Below, piece after piece: positions 39,561 to 53,430 of a DNA stretch of 64,000 nt. Source of the DNA: an uncultured Mycoplasmatota bacterium (GTDB lineage: Bacteria; Bacillota_I; Bacilli_A; RF39; UBA660); assembly GCA_900551455.1 (NCBI GenBank), contig URVV01000006.1:2055-66054 (forward strand), in the 5' to 3' direction. Below the pieces are notes generated by a model. The model did no database searches. It saw nothing but the letters and a program-made list of their open reading frames with translations, and was not told the DNA's origin. The position numbers and the translations under genes were made by a program. The first letter of the stretch is position 1. Every line of letters begins with the position of its first letter.

Positions 39561-40847
39561 ATGAAAAATAAATTTATTAAATCAACAATCATATTGATTA
39601 TTGGAGGATGTATTACTAAGATACTGGCAATGGTTATTAAGATATTTTTAACTAGGAGTATTGGAGATGATGGAATTGGCCTTTATATGATGATACTACC
39701 TACTTTTAATCTGTTTATTACTTTGTCGACGATGTCTTTATCTACTTCAATTAGTAAGGTTGTAGCTGAAGGAAAAAATGGAAAGAGAACGGTTTTATCA
39801 CTTGTACCCGTTAGTGTTATTTATAATATTTTTTTGATGTTTTTGTTAATTATATTAACGCCTGTTATTTCTTTGAAATTATTAAATAATAAATTAACAT
39901 ATTATCCTATTATGGGAATTAGTTTTACTTTACCTTTTATATGCATTTCTGGTATTTTAAAAGGATATTTTTATGGTAAGGAAAATATGATGCCTTATGT
40001 TATTTCAAATGTTATTGAACAATTAGTGAGACTTATATTTATTATTTTTCTTATTCCTAAGTTAATGGTTTATGGAATAGGGGTGGCTGCTCTGGGAGTG
40101 GTACTTATTAATATAATTAGTGAGGGAACTTCGATTATTTCTTTAATTTTATTTATTCCTAATAAGAAGATTTGCTTAAGTGATTTAAAGATGGATAAGA
40201 ATATTCTTAAGGATGTTTTAAATGTTTCTTTATCTTCTACAGGAAGTAGGTTAATTGGATCTATTTCTTACTTCTTAGAACCTATTATTCTTACTTATAT
40301 ACTTACTAAAGGGGGATATCAAAATAGTTATATAGTAATGGAATATGGGGTTATTACGGGATATGTTTTTCCCCTTTTATTAATACCGTCATTTTTTACA
40401 ATGGCAATATCAACTTCATTATTGCCAGTAATTTCTAGTAGTTATTCAAGGGGACATTTTAGGTATACGAAAAACAAATTGAAACAAGCAATATGGATTT
40501 CTTTAGGAATTGGATGTTTTTTTACTATAATATTTATGATTTTACCAGGAACACTTCTTAAGTTTATATATAATACGAGTAAAGGGGTTAATTATATTAG
40601 AATTGTAGCACCATTTTTCTTATTACATTATATACAGGGACCTTTAACTTCATATTTACAGGCAGTTGATAGAGCTAAGAATGCTATGATGGGAACTTTG
40701 GTAGGAGCTATTATTAAGAATATTTTGTTATTGATATTACCAATATTTATGGGAATATGGGGGTTTGTTATTGCTAGTTTGATTAATATTTTATATGTTA
40801 CTATTCAACATATTTATTATGCAAAAAAATCTCTTGGTAATACCTAG
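39561..40847 (+). CDS. MOP-superfamily flippase (polysaccharide-biosynthesis/SpoVB/MurJ-like)
   Basis: 428 aa, ~12 TM; family-typical N-terminus (ILAMVIKIFLTRSIGDDGIGLYMMILPTFNLF). Confidence 0.55.
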   Translation: MKNKFIKSTIILIIGGCITKILAMVIKIFLTRSIGDDGIGLYMMILPTFNLFITLSTMSLSTSISKVVAEGKNGKRTVLSLVPVSVIYNIFLMFLLIILTPVISLKLLNNKLTYYPIMGISFTLPFICISGILKGYFYGKENMMPYVISNVIEQLVRLIFIIFLIPKLMVYGIGVAALGVVLINIISEGTSIISLILFIPNKKICLSDLKMDKNILKDVLNVSLSSTGSRLIGSISYFLEPIILTYILTKGGYQNSYIVMEYGVITGYVFPLLLIPSFFTMAISTSLLPVISSSYSRGHFRYTKNKLKQAIWISLGIGCFFTIIFMILPGTLLKFIYNTSKGVNYIRIVAPFFLLHYIQGPLTSYLQAVDRAKNAMMGTLVGAIIKNILLLILPIFMGIWGFVIASLINILYVTIQHIYYAKKSLGNT

Positions 40848-41031
40848 TAATAGAGTAATTAAAGATTATTGTTATTTAAATAAAATGAGTAACTTTAAAT
40901 TGAATTTTTGTTGATGGTGGTTACTCATTTTATACTTCCTAGAACAAAATTTTAGATCTTTTGTAAGAAATAAGTAAAGTAAAATTGCCAAGATGAGAGA
41001 GTTATGGTATATTTAGAGTGGTGATAGGAGT

Positions 41032-42648
41032 ATGGGAAAAAGAAAAAAGAAAACAAATGATAAGAAATTGATGATAGATAATCAGGTTAATTTAAAGGAA
41101 GATAAAAATATTTCTTTAGATAAAATGAAAAAATATGGAAAAAGATTTTCTTTATTATTTTTGATATGGATATGTATTTTTGCTATAGGACTAGTTAATA
41201 AGTCTTTACAAAATGATACTTTTTATACAATAAAAATTGGAAAGCTTATTCTTAATAATGGAATCGATATGATGGATCACTTTTCTTTTCATACGGGACT
41301 TAAGTATACTTATCCTCATTGGTTATATGATGTATTTATTTATGTTATATACAAAATTGGGGGGTTAAGAGGATTATATTTATCTTCGATAGGAATATTT
41401 GGAGTACTTTTAATAATTGTGTTTAAGGTTAATAAAAAGATATGTGAAAAGACTGTTGTAGCAGCATTTGCAACTTTTATTTGTTCTTTGGCTATTAGTG
41501 GTTTTGTCACTGCTAGAGCACAGTTGGTTAGTTTTCTGCTTTTTGCTTTAGAAATTTATTTTATTGAAGATTTTCTTAAAAATAAGAAAAAGAGTGATGT
41601 TGTTGGTTTATTTATAATTTCATTGCTTTTATGTAATATTCACGTTGCAGTTTGGCCTTTTTATTTTATTATCTACCTACCCTATTTGGCTGAATATATA
41701 ATTAGTTTTATTTGGAGTAAGATTAGGTTTAAAAAAGATAATAAGTTTTATAACTTTATTAACTCCAAGTTTGTTTTTGAAAGAAATAAGAATATTAAAT
41801 ATCTATTTATTATAATGATTTTTAGTTTGTTAACTGGATTTATTACTCCGATTGGAGATACACCATTTACTTATTTAATAAAAACTATGATGGGAAACTC
41901 ACAAAGTTATATTCAAGAACATCATATGATTAGTTGGAAAGAGAGTCCTTTTACAATTATTATTGCCGGGGAAACAATATTTTTAGTTTTGATTTCTAAG
42001 GTTAAATTGAGAGACTTTTTTATGATATCGGGATTGGTTTTGATGTCAATTGTTTCGATTAGACATTTATCTTTGTTGTCTTTAATAGGAACTATTTGTT
42101 TTGGAAGAGTATTTGCAATGTTTTTGAATGATTATAATTTTGATGTAGATAAGATGCTATTGCCATTCTTTTATAAGAGAAAAATTGTAATAATTAGTTT
42201 TGCTTTAGTGATTATAATTACAGGAGTGGGTTTATATTTTCATTTAAGAGATAATTATGTAGAAGAAGATTTTTATCCAGTAGAAGCTGTTAAATATCTT
42301 AAGGAAAATGAGGATATTAGTAAAATGCGAATATTTAATGATTATAATTTTGGTAGTTATCTTTTATATAATGATATTCCTGTGTTTATTGATTCTAGAG
42401 CGGATTTATATACAAAGGAATTTAGTGGATTTGATTATGATATTTTAGATGATTATCACTTTATTATGAATAATTATCAAGAAAAATTTGATTTTTATGG
42501 AATAACTCATATACTTGTTTATAAGGAAGAAAATTCTTTGTATCAGGTTCTTAAGAGTAATAGTGATTATAAATTATTGTATGAGGATGATTATTTTGTA
42601 TTGTATAAGAAGATTGGCGATTCGGGATTACGGGTTACTTTTGGATAG
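41032..42648 (+). CDS. Hypothetical polytopic membrane protein with C-terminal soluble domain (possibly GT-C-like glycosyltransferase)
   Basis: 538 aa; basic N-terminus, ~10 TM, ~150-aa hydrophilic C-terminus. Confidence 0.3.
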   Translation: MGKRKKKTNDKKLMIDNQVNLKEDKNISLDKMKKYGKRFSLLFLIWICIFAIGLVNKSLQNDTFYTIKIGKLILNNGIDMMDHFSFHTGLKYTYPHWLYDVFIYVIYKIGGLRGLYLSSIGIFGVLLIIVFKVNKKICEKTVVAAFATFICSLAISGFVTARAQLVSFLLFALEIYFIEDFLKNKKKSDVVGLFIISLLLCNIHVAVWPFYFIIYLPYLAEYIISFIWSKIRFKKDNKFYNFINSKFVFERNKNIKYLFIIMIFSLLTGFITPIGDTPFTYLIKTMMGNSQSYIQEHHMISWKESPFTIIIAGETIFLVLISKVKLRDFFMISGLVLMSIVSIRHLSLLSLIGTICFGRVFAMFLNDYNFDVDKMLLPFFYKRKIVIISFALVIIITGVGLYFHLRDNYVEEDFYPVEAVKYLKENEDISKMRIFNDYNFGSYLLYNDIPVFIDSRADLYTKEFSGFDYDILDDYHFIMNNYQEKFDFYGITHILVYKEENSLYQVLKSNSDYKLLYEDDYFVLYKKIGDSGLRVTFG

Positions 42649-42650
42649 AA

Positions 42651-42713
42651 AAAACTATAAGTTTTTATAAATGCCTACCTTATGGGGCATTTCATTTAAG
42701 CTTATAGTTTTTT
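42651..42713. terminator. Nested-hairpin bidirectional terminator between convergent genes
   Basis: AAACTATAAG...CTTATAGTTT outer stem, inner AAATGCC...GGCATTT stem, flanking T-runs. Confidence 0.5.
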
Positions 42714-43736
42714 TGGGGGAATAAGTGAATAAATGCGGATTTTATTTAAAGAATTGTGATGTTCTTTAAAACAATTTAATAAAAGGGCTTCAGAGATGTG
42801 GCTATTAGGACATAGTTTAAGGTATTCTTCATTTGTAAATGTTTCAATTAATGTGTTGTAATAACCTTCTTTTAAATCATTGCGCATTAAGAGGATAGAT
42901 GATTTTATTTGACATTGACTTATTAATGATAGTAGATAGTTAGTTTTATCATTGTATTCAATGTCTGTTGTCAAAAGAAGATATGGGTACTCTTTATCAA
43001 AGTTGTTTGAAGCAATAATATCTTTTCGGCGATTGTATTCTTCTTCAGATAGACACATATAGTCAGCATAGGTTTTGGAAGTGATATTTAATTCATCAAA
43101 GTTAAAGTTATAACTTATTGCTTCTTTAGTGAGGGTTCTGTTTACAAATAATAAATTATATTTGACTTTTATTAAATCTTTTCTTATTGATTGATGATCT
43201 TTATTTTTGATACATTCTTCTAAATAATATAACGTAGCTATTAAATAGTCTTTTTCGATAGTTAAATGAAGAGTATTATTGTTATTTAATTCTTCCAGAT
43301 AATCTTCAGTTAGACTTTCTTTAGAAGATGTGGTTATAATGTCTGTGAGAATACTGGATTGTTTAATAATTTCATTAAGGGAAAAGATTACTCTTTTTGA
43401 AATTAAGTTTGATGAGGTACTTTCTATTAGATCTTTTGTAGTTTCTTTTATATTGGTATTAAATTTAGTATTTGAATCTATATAAGTTTTTATAGTTATA
43501 GCTATGATGGAATCCATTTTTTGATATATTGTGTTTTCCATAGAGGTAATTCTCTTTAAATAAGATAATGTTTGGGGATAGTCAGGGGTATTGTTATGTT
43601 TATTTATTTCTAAGGTAGCTAATCTTCGATATGTTGTCATAATTTTACTGGTAATATCAAATAGTTCATCTACGAGAAAAGATACTATTTCAAGATCTTC
43701 AGGATTTATTTCAAAGCCAAAGGCAAATGGTTCCAT
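42702..43736 (-). CDS. Hypothetical protein
   Basis: 344-aa soluble ORF. Confidence 0.3.
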   Translation of the reverse strand: MEPFAFGFEINPEDLEIVSFLVDELFDITSKIMTTYRRLATLEINKHNNTPDYPQTLSYLKRITSMENTIYQKMDSIIAITIKTYIDSNTKFNTNIKETTKDLIESTSSNLISKRVIFSLNEIIKQSSILTDIITTSSKESLTEDYLEELNNNNTLHLTIEKDYLIATLYYLEECIKNKDHQSIRKDLIKVKYNLLFVNRTLTKEAISYNFNFDELNITSKTYADYMCLSEEEYNRRKDIIASNNFDKEYPYLLLTTDIEYNDKTNYLLSLISQCQIKSSILLMRNDLKEGYYNTLIETFTNEEYLKLCPNSHISEALLLNCFKEHHNSLNKIRIYSLIPPKKL

Positions 43737-43855
43737 AGGATTCCTCCTTTTAGTTGGCTATATTGTAACATACGGGGATTTTTTTGTAAAGAAAAACCTC
43801 GGAATAATCCGAGGAATTATATTTGTTCTTATTTTATATAAAAGTTTTCTATTTT

Positions 43856-44410
43856 TTAGTTAGTCAATAAAATTATTGGGATATCACTTTTTTCTATCCT
43901 TTCAATTTTCTTTAAATCAGGTGTTATTCTTGCATAATATTCTTTTTTATTATTTACGCAATAATAATTATAATAAATATACTTATTGTCTTTTCCGTAA
44001 ATTTTTTTCATATTAGTATTGGTGCTACAAAGTTCATCATCATCTGTTTTGGTAATTTTATCATTTGATTGATATAATTCTTTGCCTGTATCGACATCAT
44101 ATGCTGTAATATCATAATGTATTAAATAAAATTTATCGTTATCCCATAAGATATGATGATTTTCTATTGCTAGATTGCTTGAAGTAGGCAGATTGTATAA
44201 TTTTTCATATTCATTATACTCTTTTATTTTATACATAGAGTATTGATTTGTTTCACTCATCGTATTGGTTAATGCTATTACATAATCATTTTCACTATCT
44301 GAAATAATGTTTAGTTGATTTTTATAAAAAGTTTGTTTTTGTTTACTGCAACCAATTGTTACGAAACATAATAACATTATTGAAATTATAGTAATTTTTT
44401 TATTTTTCAT
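43856..44410 (-). CDS. Lipoprotein
   Basis: Lipobox FVTIGC. Confidence 0.5.
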   Translation of the reverse strand: MKNKKITIISIMLLCFVTIGCSKQKQTFYKNQLNIISDSENDYVIALTNTMSETNQYSMYKIKEYNEYEKLYNLPTSSNLAIENHHILWDNDKFYLIHYDITAYDVDTGKELYQSNDKITKTDDDELCSTNTNMKKIYGKDNKYIYYNYYCVNNKKEYYARITPDLKKIERIEKSDIPIILLTN

Positions 44411-44517
44411 TCTTTATATCCTTTCTATAAATTACTTTTATTAGTAGTATTATATCATATCTTGAAAAATATTAATAATGGGGATTAATATATTAGATAG
44501 AATTAGAAATATATAAA

Positions 44518-44541
44518 AAAATAGATATTTCTATCTATTAT
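44518..44541 (-). terminator. Terminator downstream of tRNA-Met
   Basis: ATAGATA-tttc-TATCTAT hairpin with T-run on minus strand. Confidence 0.45.
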
Positions 44542-44551
44542 TACTTCATAA

Positions 44552-44628
44552 TGGTAGCGACGGAGGGGGTCGAACCCACGACCTATCGGGTATGAACCGA
44601 TCGCTCTAGCCAACTGAGCTACATCGCC
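44552..44628 (-). tRNA. tRNA-Met (anticodon CAT, elongator type), CCA encoded
   Basis: Hand-folded cloverleaf: GGCGATG acceptor, GCTC/GAGC D-stem, ATCGG-TTCATAC-CCGAT anticodon arm, TTCGA T-loop, ...ACCA; very close to Bacillus elongator tRNA-Met. Confidence 0.8.
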
Positions 44629-44646
44629 ATAATCACAAGCATTATT

Positions 44647-44675
44647 AATATACCATAAAAGATAATGTTTGGCAA
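44647..44675 (-). promoter_or_regulatory. Sigma-A-type promoter for tRNA-Met (TTGCCA-17-TATATT)
   Basis: -35 at 44670-44675, -10 at 44647-44652 on minus strand, 17-nt spacer. Confidence 0.45.
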
Positions 44676-44719
44676 GTAAATAAGAATATTTTTTTAAAAA
44701 ATATTTAAAAAGTCATACT

Positions 44720-45157
44720 TTATAGGTATGACTTTAAAAGTTCGATGTTTTCTTCGCCAAATTTTTTAAGTTCTTTAGCTAAGTGAATAATATTTTTGTC
44801 GGCTTCATTTTTATATTTATCAATTAGTTTATCTATATCAATGTTTCCCATTGTAAATCCTCTTATTAACATATCTGCTATTTTAGCGTCACTGTTATCT
44901 TTCATAAATTCCATAGAGATACCAATGGATGAAGATATTTTGGCAATGATATTAGTTCTTTTTGGAGATATTTTATTTTTCTTTAAAAGATTTTGACTCT
45001 TTTTTAAAAAACCTTCATACCCTTTTAGTTGTTTTTCTACTGTTGTTTTAATTTTATTATCTGATTTATTTAAGAGATTAATTAATTGGGTAGTTGATTT
45101 TACACCCATTTCAGCATTTTGGTAAATATATAATAATAATTCACTATTCTGATTCAT
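44720..45157 (-). CDS. Hypothetical protein
   Basis: 145-aa ORF. Confidence 0.3.
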   Translation of the reverse strand: MNQNSELLLYIYQNAEMGVKSTTQLINLLNKSDNKIKTTVEKQLKGYEGFLKKSQNLLKKNKISPKRTNIIAKISSSIGISMEFMKDNSDAKIADMLIRGFTMGNIDIDKLIDKYKNEADKNIIHLAKELKKFGEENIELLKSYL

Positions 45158-45214
45158 TTTATCACCAGTAATATTATTTACAAATTATATATAAGTATAC
45201 AAAAAAAAGATGGA

Positions 45215-46432
45215 TTATATTGAAAAATTTCCATCTTTAAATAATTGAATTTTTTCGTTATTATATGTTGTGGCAATAATAGTGAGATCTTTAGTACCTA
45301 TCATAATATCAACGTGATTATTTGATTTGTTGTATCCAGATTGTTCTAATTGTGAATTTGTTAATTTATGACCATTAGTTAAACATTCTTTAAATCCTCG
45401 ACCTAATGCGATATGACAAGAAGCATTTTCATCATATAATGTTTCATAAAATAGAATATTAGTAGTGGAAATTCTAGAATTATATGGAACTAAGGCAACT
45501 TCTCCTAAAAGGGAAGATTCTTCATCATACTCTAAGATATTTTTTAATTCCTCTTTTCCAGTCTTGGCATCATAGTTAATAACTTTTCCATTTTTGAATT
45601 CTAACATAATTCCGGTAATTACTATTCCTGAATGAACTAATGGTTTTGAGCAATAGACAATACCAGTAGTTTTATATTTGTTTGGGGTAGTAAAAACTTC
45701 TTCAGTGGGAATATTTACAATTGGTTCTTGGCCATTAATGATACTTGATCCACCACACCAGATAGCTTGATAAGGTAGTTCAATGGTTAAATTTGTACCT
45801 AGTGAGTTGGTGTAATGTAATGTTTTAATATTTAAATTGTTTAACTGATGACAGTGATTTTTGCAATTTAACATTTTTTCTTCCCACATAGAAATTGGAT
45901 CTTTTTCGTTTATCATACATATATCAAATATTAAATTCCATAATTCTTCAGTAGGATTTGAAGACTTTGGAAATAGTAAATGTCCCCACTCTTCTGTTGA
46001 GACAGCGGCAATACACCAACTAATCTGATTATTTTCTTGCAATTTACGATAGTGACTGCGAGTGCTTAATGAAGTTGAAGATGCTATTTTTAATTTGTTA
46101 GTTTGGATGTCATCCATTATATTATCATTTGAAGATATTAGAAAGAGAAAAGCAGCATTTTTTTTAGCATATACATCGTGAATTTCTTTATTCCAAAATA
46201 AACTTTTTTTAATATCTTTTTCATCATAGTATTTTAATTGAGTATGTTTTAATTCGTCATCATACCAGTCGTAATAAATATCTTTTACTCCAAGTTGACA
46301 AGCGATGGTAGTTAGGACTCTGATGAAATCAATAGTAGTTATGGGAGCATTAATAACTAGTGGTTGATTTTCATTAATACATAAACCTTTAGTTAATAGC
46401 AATTTAGCATATTTATAGTATTTTTCTTGCAT
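45215..46432 (-). CDS. Aminopeptidase, M29 (AmpS/PepS) family
   Basis: 405 aa; family-typical N-terminus (YAKLLLTKGLCINENQPLVINAP) and overall architecture; needs homology confirmation. Confidence 0.55.
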   Translation of the reverse strand: MQEKYYKYAKLLLTKGLCINENQPLVINAPITTIDFIRVLTTIACQLGVKDIYYDWYDDELKHTQLKYYDEKDIKKSLFWNKEIHDVYAKKNAAFLFLISSNDNIMDDIQTNKLKIASSTSLSTRSHYRKLQENNQISWCIAAVSTEEWGHLLFPKSSNPTEELWNLIFDICMINEKDPISMWEEKMLNCKNHCHQLNNLNIKTLHYTNSLGTNLTIELPYQAIWCGGSSIINGQEPIVNIPTEEVFTTPNKYKTTGIVYCSKPLVHSGIVITGIMLEFKNGKVINYDAKTGKEELKNILEYDEESSLLGEVALVPYNSRISTTNILFYETLYDENASCHIALGRGFKECLTNGHKLTNSQLEQSGYNKSNNHVDIMIGTKDLTIIATTYNNEKIQLFKDGNFSI

Positions 46433-46441
46433 ATTTTACCT

Positions 46442-48460
<2,019 letters not shown>

Positions 48461-48581
48461 TCAATTGTCATTATATATATTATAACAAAGTTTTAGTAGT
48501 TTTGCTTAAAATACGTTTAAAATTTAAAAAAATTCACCTTAAGATGGAATTTATCTTAAATAGTGAATTTTTTTGATAATA

Positions 48582-49343
48582 TTATTTGTTATTAATTATT
48601 TCTTCATATTCATAATTTGTTTTATTGATTTTATATTTAGCTACAGTATCAAGGGTATTTGTACATTTACCTGTCCATTTATCAAAGTAGTACCAACCTT
48701 GTTTAGGGTTGCTGACTTTATTTATGTTAATATAAAAATATTTTTCGTCTTCTGAATATCCAATACAGATATTTTCTTTTGTTAGAGAGAATTTATTTTC
48801 CATATATCCATACATACCTTCTGATTCACTGATATTTAGTTTTTTCTTTAAATATCTAGAATAAGCATTAAAGTTTAGAGAATTTATTAGTTTATCTAAT
48901 GATATGCCTTGAGAGTCATTGTCGTTAGTTAGATTAAACCAAACGTCTCCTTCTAGAATACGATTAAAATCGTTAGAGATATTTGTGTAGTAGCCAACAT
49001 TATCATTGTCTTTAAAATTACAAATATATGTATTATCGGATTCTTCACATATTATAGATGAGTTAAATTTTAATATATTAAAAGTATTTTGATATATAGT
49101 GAAGGTAATTTTAGTGGCTTTTTCAAGATCAGAAATAGTATTGTCATTTTTTATTAAGTCTATTTGTTTGACAATATCTTTTTGTTCTTCTTTTATATTG
49201 GAATTGTTTTTAGGGGTATTGTTATCTTTGTTATCGTTAAATTCTTGATTGGAATGATTGGTTCCGATAATAAATCCAAGATATCCACAAGCAAGTAAGG
49301 AAATAATTATTATAATTGTTATTACCATATTTTTTTTATTCAT
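48582..49343 (-). CDS. Lipoprotein
   Basis: Lipobox SLLACG. Confidence 0.5.
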   Translation of the reverse strand: MNKKNMVITIIIIISLLACGYLGFIIGTNHSNQEFNDNKDNNTPKNNSNIKEEQKDIVKQIDLIKNDNTISDLEKATKITFTIYQNTFNILKFNSSIICEESDNTYICNFKDNDNVGYYTNISNDFNRILEGDVWFNLTNDNDSQGISLDKLINSLNFNAYSRYLKKKLNISESEGMYGYMENKFSLTKENICIGYSEDEKYFYININKVSNPKQGWYYFDKWTGKCTNTLDTVAKYKINKTNYEYEEIINNK

Positions 49344-49506
49344 AATTCACCTTTTAACTTTCTATTTATAGTTTAATTATACATTAATATATGATAAATG
49401 ACAATAATTAATATGCAATAATGATGTAAATATTAATACTCTCATATTTAGTAAAAAAAATAATATATGAGGTGTAGTAGTTCATATATTATTTTATTTT
49501 TTATAG

Positions 49507-49848
49507 TTAAACTAATTCTAAGATAACTTGTAGAGCGTTATCTCCTTTTCTTTCTTTGTATTTAGTAATTCTTGTATATCCACCATTTCTTTCTTTATAA
49601 CGTGGTGCTATTTCGTTAAATACTTTTGATACACAAGCTTCATCGTTATGTAAGAAAGCTAGGGCTAATCTACGTGATACTAATGATCCGTTTTTGCCAT
49701 ATGTTACCATTTTATCAAAGCATTTTCTTACTTCTTTTGCTCTATCTTCAGTAGTAACGATTTTTTCGTTTATAATTAGTTGTTTTGTTAATGTTGCTAA
49801 CATACTTCTTCTGTGTTTATTGTCTCTTCCTAATTTTCTGTATGCCAT
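49507..49848 (-). CDS. rplQ: 50S ribosomal protein L17
   Basis: Conserved L17 sequence; last gene of alpha operon. Confidence 0.9.
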   Translation of the reverse strand: MAYRKLGRDNKHRRSMLATLTKQLIINEKIVTTEDRAKEVRKCFDKMVTYGKNGSLVSRRLALAFLHNDEACVSKVFNEIAPRYKERNGGYTRITKYKERKGDNALQVILELV

Positions 49849-49865
49849 TATATGTTCCTCCTTTT

Positions 49866-50819
49866 TTAGTCTTCAGATCTGAAATTTAGGCCCATATCTT
49901 TAACTTTGTCCATAACTTCTTTTAAAGATTTTTTTCCTAAGTTTCTAATCTTCATCATTTCATTTTCACTTTTGTCAACTAAATTTTTAAGTGTTAAAAT
50001 TCCAGCTCTCTTTAAGCAGTTGTATGCTCTTACTGATAGGTCTAAATCATCAATTGAAGTTTCTAAGATTTTTACGTTAGGATCTTCAACTTTAGCTATC
50101 ATTAATCCTGTTTCATCAGCAATCTCATTTAGATCTGCTAAAATTTCAAAATGCTCTATTAAAATTCTTGAACCTAGAGCGATAGATTCTTCAGGAGTGA
50201 TTGAACCGTTAGTCCATACTTCTAAAATTAACTTATCATAGTGGTCGTTTTGACCTACTCTGGCTGGTTCTACTTCATAGTTTATTCTTTCTATTGGAGC
50301 ATATGAACTATCAATAGCGATAACGTTCATTTTATTTTTCTCAAATAGTTTTTTATTTTCTTCAGCTCTTACATAGCCACGGCCTGTACCGATAGTCATT
50401 TCAATATTTATTTCTCCACCTTCGGCTAAGTTGCAAATAACTAAGTCTGGGTTAAAGATTTCAATATCAGCATCTTTTTCGATATCAGCAGCAGTTACGG
50501 GACCAGCAGTTTTTTTGGTTAATCTTAATATTTTGTTGTAATCATCTGAATGATTTTTGATTACTAAGCTTTTAATGTTTAGAACAATAGCAGTTACGTC
50601 TTCGATTACTCCATCTATTTTTTGAAATTCGTGAGCAACTCCATCAATTTTGATACTGGTAACTGCGTCACCTGGTAAACTTGATAACATTACTCTTCTT
50701 AGAGCGTTACCAAGAGTTGTTCCGAATCCTCTTTCTAATGGTTCTATTTCAAATTTACCGTAAAAGTTATCTCTTACGTATTCTTTTACTTTGTATTCTG
50801 GTTTTTCAAATTTTAACAT
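49866..50819 (-). CDS. rpoA: DNA-directed RNA polymerase alpha subunit
   Basis: 317 aa, conserved N- and C-terminal domains. Confidence 0.9.
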   Translation of the reverse strand: MLKFEKPEYKVKEYVRDNFYGKFEIEPLERGFGTTLGNALRRVMLSSLPGDAVTSIKIDGVAHEFQKIDGVIEDVTAIVLNIKSLVIKNHSDDYNKILRLTKKTAGPVTAADIEKDADIEIFNPDLVICNLAEGGEINIEMTIGTGRGYVRAEENKKLFEKNKMNVIAIDSSYAPIERINYEVEPARVGQNDHYDKLILEVWTNGSITPEESIALGSRILIEHFEILADLNEIADETGLMIAKVEDPNVKILETSIDDLDLSVRAYNCLKRAGILTLKNLVDKSENEMMKIRNLGKKSLKEVMDKVKDMGLNFRSED

Positions 50820-50838
50820 TTAACACACTCCCTTTCTT

Positions 50839-51228
50839 TTATCCACGACGTTTTTTTGGTGGACGGCATCCGTTATGTGGAATTGGTGTTACATCGGTAA
50901 TTGTTTTAACTTCTAGTCCGGCAGTTGCTAGTGATCTTATGGCTGATTCTCTTCCAGCACCTAATCCTTTTACAAATACATCTACTGTTTTCATACCAGC
51001 ATCTACGGCAGCTTTTCCTGCTTTTTCAGCGGCCATACCAGCAGCAAATGGTGTTGATTTTTTGCTACCTTTTATTCCCATTGTTCCAGCTGAAGCCCAA
51101 CTTACGGTGTTTCCTTCAGCATCTGTAATAGTTATTACAGTATTGTTGAATGTTGTGTGAACGTGAACAGCACCGTGTGGAACATTTTTCTTAACTTTAC
51201 GTTTTCTAGCGTTATATGTTTTTCCCAT
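50839..51228 (-). CDS. rpsK: 30S ribosomal protein S11
   Basis: Conserved sequence. Confidence 0.9.
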   Translation of the reverse strand: MGKTYNARKRKVKKNVPHGAVHVHTTFNNTVITITDAEGNTVSWASAGTMGIKGSKKSTPFAAGMAAEKAGKAAVDAGMKTVDVFVKGLGAGRESAIRSLATAGLEVKTITDVTPIPHNGCRPPKKRRG

Positions 51229-51252
51229 ATAAATATCCTCCTTTTAACAAAT

Positions 51253-51621
51253 TTAAGCTTTCTTCTTATTTGCTACAACTTTTCCTTTACCTTTACGAGT
51301 TCTTGCATTTCTGTTAGTTCTTTGTCCTCTTACAGGTAATCCTTTTTTATGTCTTGTTCCTTGATAAGAATTGATTTCCATCTTGGTCTTGATGTTCATA
51401 TTGACTTCTCTTCTTAAGTCACCTTCAACTGTATGTTTTTCAATTTCTTTTCTAATACTTGCTAATTCTTCTTCGGTTAAGTCTTTAGCTTTCTTATCTA
51501 AATCGATATTTGCAGCAGTTAAGATTTGTTTTGATAATTTTCTACCTATACCATAAATATAAGTTAAAGAAATTTCAATTCTTTTGTCATTTGGTATATC
51601 AATACCTTTAATTCTTGCCAT
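51253..51621 (-). CDS. rpsM: 30S ribosomal protein S13
   Basis: [10 protein letters not shown]... Confidence 0.9.
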   Translation of the reverse strand: MARIKGIDIPNDKRIEISLTYIYGIGRKLSKQILTAANIDLDKKAKDLTEEELASIRKEIEKHTVEGDLRREVNMNIKTKMEINSYQGTRHKKGLPVRGQRTNRNARTRKGKGKVVANKKKA

Positions 51622-51639
51622 TTTTTTCCTCCTAAAAAT

Positions 51640-51789
<150 letters not shown>

Positions 51790-51811
51790 TTATAAGTCTC
51801 TTTTATAGAGC

Positions 51812-52039
51812 TTATTTTTTGTTATATACGATTCGCCCATGTGTTAGGTCATATGGTGATAATTCTACAACGACAGTATCGCCTGGTAGAATACGTATAT
51901 TATTTACACGCATTTTACCAGAAACATGGGCTTCTACTATGTGTCCGCCTTCGAGTTCAACTTTAAAGAATCCACCTTTTATTAAGTCAATGACTTTTCC
52001 TTGGGCTTCTATTATATTGTTCTTACTCAAAATTATCAT
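51812..52039 (-). CDS. infA: Translation initiation factor IF-1
   Basis: S1-like fold sequence ...[20 protein letters not shown]... Confidence 0.85.
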   Translation of the reverse strand: MIILSKNNIIEAQGKVIDLIKGGFFKVELEGGHIVEAHVSGKMRVNNIRILPGDTVVVELSPYDLTHGRIVYNKK

Positions 52040-52781
52040 CTCCTGTTAATATACGATATCCATCTTTGGTTACTGCTACGGTATGCTCGAAGTGAGCTGA
52101 TGGAGAACCGTCTCTTGTAATAATTGTCCAGTCATCATCTAGGATATATATTTTATGTGTTCCTAAATTTAACATTGGCTCTACGGCTATTACCATGCCT
52201 TCTTTTAATACAGGACCTGTTCCTTTTTTTCCATAATTTGGAACGTCAGGTTCTTCGTGTAAGTGGTTTCCTACACCATGTCCTACTAATTCTCTTACTA
52301 CTCCTAGGTTATGTTCGTTAGCATATGTTTCAACGGCATTAGAGATGTCTCCAATATGGGCTCCTGGTTTTATCTGTTTTAGTCCTTCGTATAGAGCTTT
52401 TTTGGTATGTTCTAATAAATACGCTTTTTCGCGTGAGACACTGCCTACAGCGTAGGACCAAGCAGAATCTCCATGATAGCCTTTGTAATTAGCGCCAATA
52501 TCTATGCCAATGATATCACCATTTTTTAATTTTCTGTTTGATGGAATTCCGTGAACTACTTCTTCATTAATGGAAGTACATATACTTGCAGGGAATCCTT
52601 CATAATTTAAAAATGATGGTGTTGCATCTTGACTTGTTATAAAGTCATATGCTAATTTATCTAATTCTTTAGTAGTTATACCTGGTTTGATATATGGTAA
52701 TAAATACTTGTGGGTTCTATATACTATATTACCAGCTTTTCTTAGTAGGGATATTTCATATTCTGATTTTATACTAATCAT
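52023..52781 (-). CDS. map: Methionine aminopeptidase type I
   Basis: Conserved metal ligands; 252 aa. Confidence 0.9.
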   Translation of the reverse strand: MISIKSEYEISLLRKAGNIVYRTHKYLLPYIKPGITTKELDKLAYDFITSQDATPSFLNYEGFPASICTSINEEVVHGIPSNRKLKNGDIIGIDIGANYKGYHGDSAWSYAVGSVSREKAYLLEHTKKALYEGLKQIKPGAHIGDISNAVETYANEHNLGVVRELVGHGVGNHLHEEPDVPNYGKKGTGPVLKEGMVIAVEPMLNLGTHKIYILDDDWTIITRDGSPSAHFEHTVAVTKDGYRILTGDDNFE

Positions 52782-53430
52782 TTAATGCCCTCTTAACTTC
52801 TTCAAATATTTGTCGTGCGGTCTTTTCTTCTACTTTAATGCAGCGAAGAATATGCAAGTTTTTGTAATATTCAATTAAATCTTTGGTACTATTTATATAA
52901 GTATCAAATCGGTGTATAAATATATCTTCGGTATCATCACTTCTAGTTTTTAGTTGATGATGGCATCTATCACAGATGTTTTCTTTTTTAGGTTTTAATT
53001 CATCTACTAATAAATTATATGATGAGCCACAATTTGGACATATTATTCTACTGATAGTTCTTTTTAGAGCTAAGTCTTTATCTATATCAAGGAAAATTAC
53101 AATCCCCTTATCATAATTCAATTCTTTTAATAAGTTGTGATAGATTTCTGCTTGAGATATAGTTCTAGGATAACCATCTAAAATATAGCCATTTTGGCAA
53201 TCTTCTTCAGTTATTCTTTTCTTTAATAGTGAAGTTATTATCTCATCGGAAACGAGATTTCCTTTATCAATTTGTTCTTGTATTTTTTTACCTAACTCTG
53301 AACCGGTAGCGATCTCTTGACGTAAAAGATCGCCAGTGGATATATGAGGAATATTATATTGTTCACTAACTAACTTAGCTTGAGTTCCTTTTCCTGCAGC
53401 AGGGGGAGCTATAAATATAATATTCTTCAT
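52774..53430 (-). CDS. adk: Adenylate kinase (zinc-lid type)
   Basis: P-loop APPAAGKGTQA; lid CPNCG...CDRCHH. Confidence 0.9.
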   Translation of the reverse strand: MKNIIFIAPPAAGKGTQAKLVSEQYNIPHISTGDLLRQEIATGSELGKKIQEQIDKGNLVSDEIITSLLKKRITEEDCQNGYILDGYPRTISQAEIYHNLLKELNYDKGIVIFLDIDKDLALKRTISRIICPNCGSSYNLLVDELKPKKENICDRCHHQLKTRSDDTEDIFIHRFDTYINSTKDLIEYYKNLHILRCIKVEEKTARQIFEEVKRALND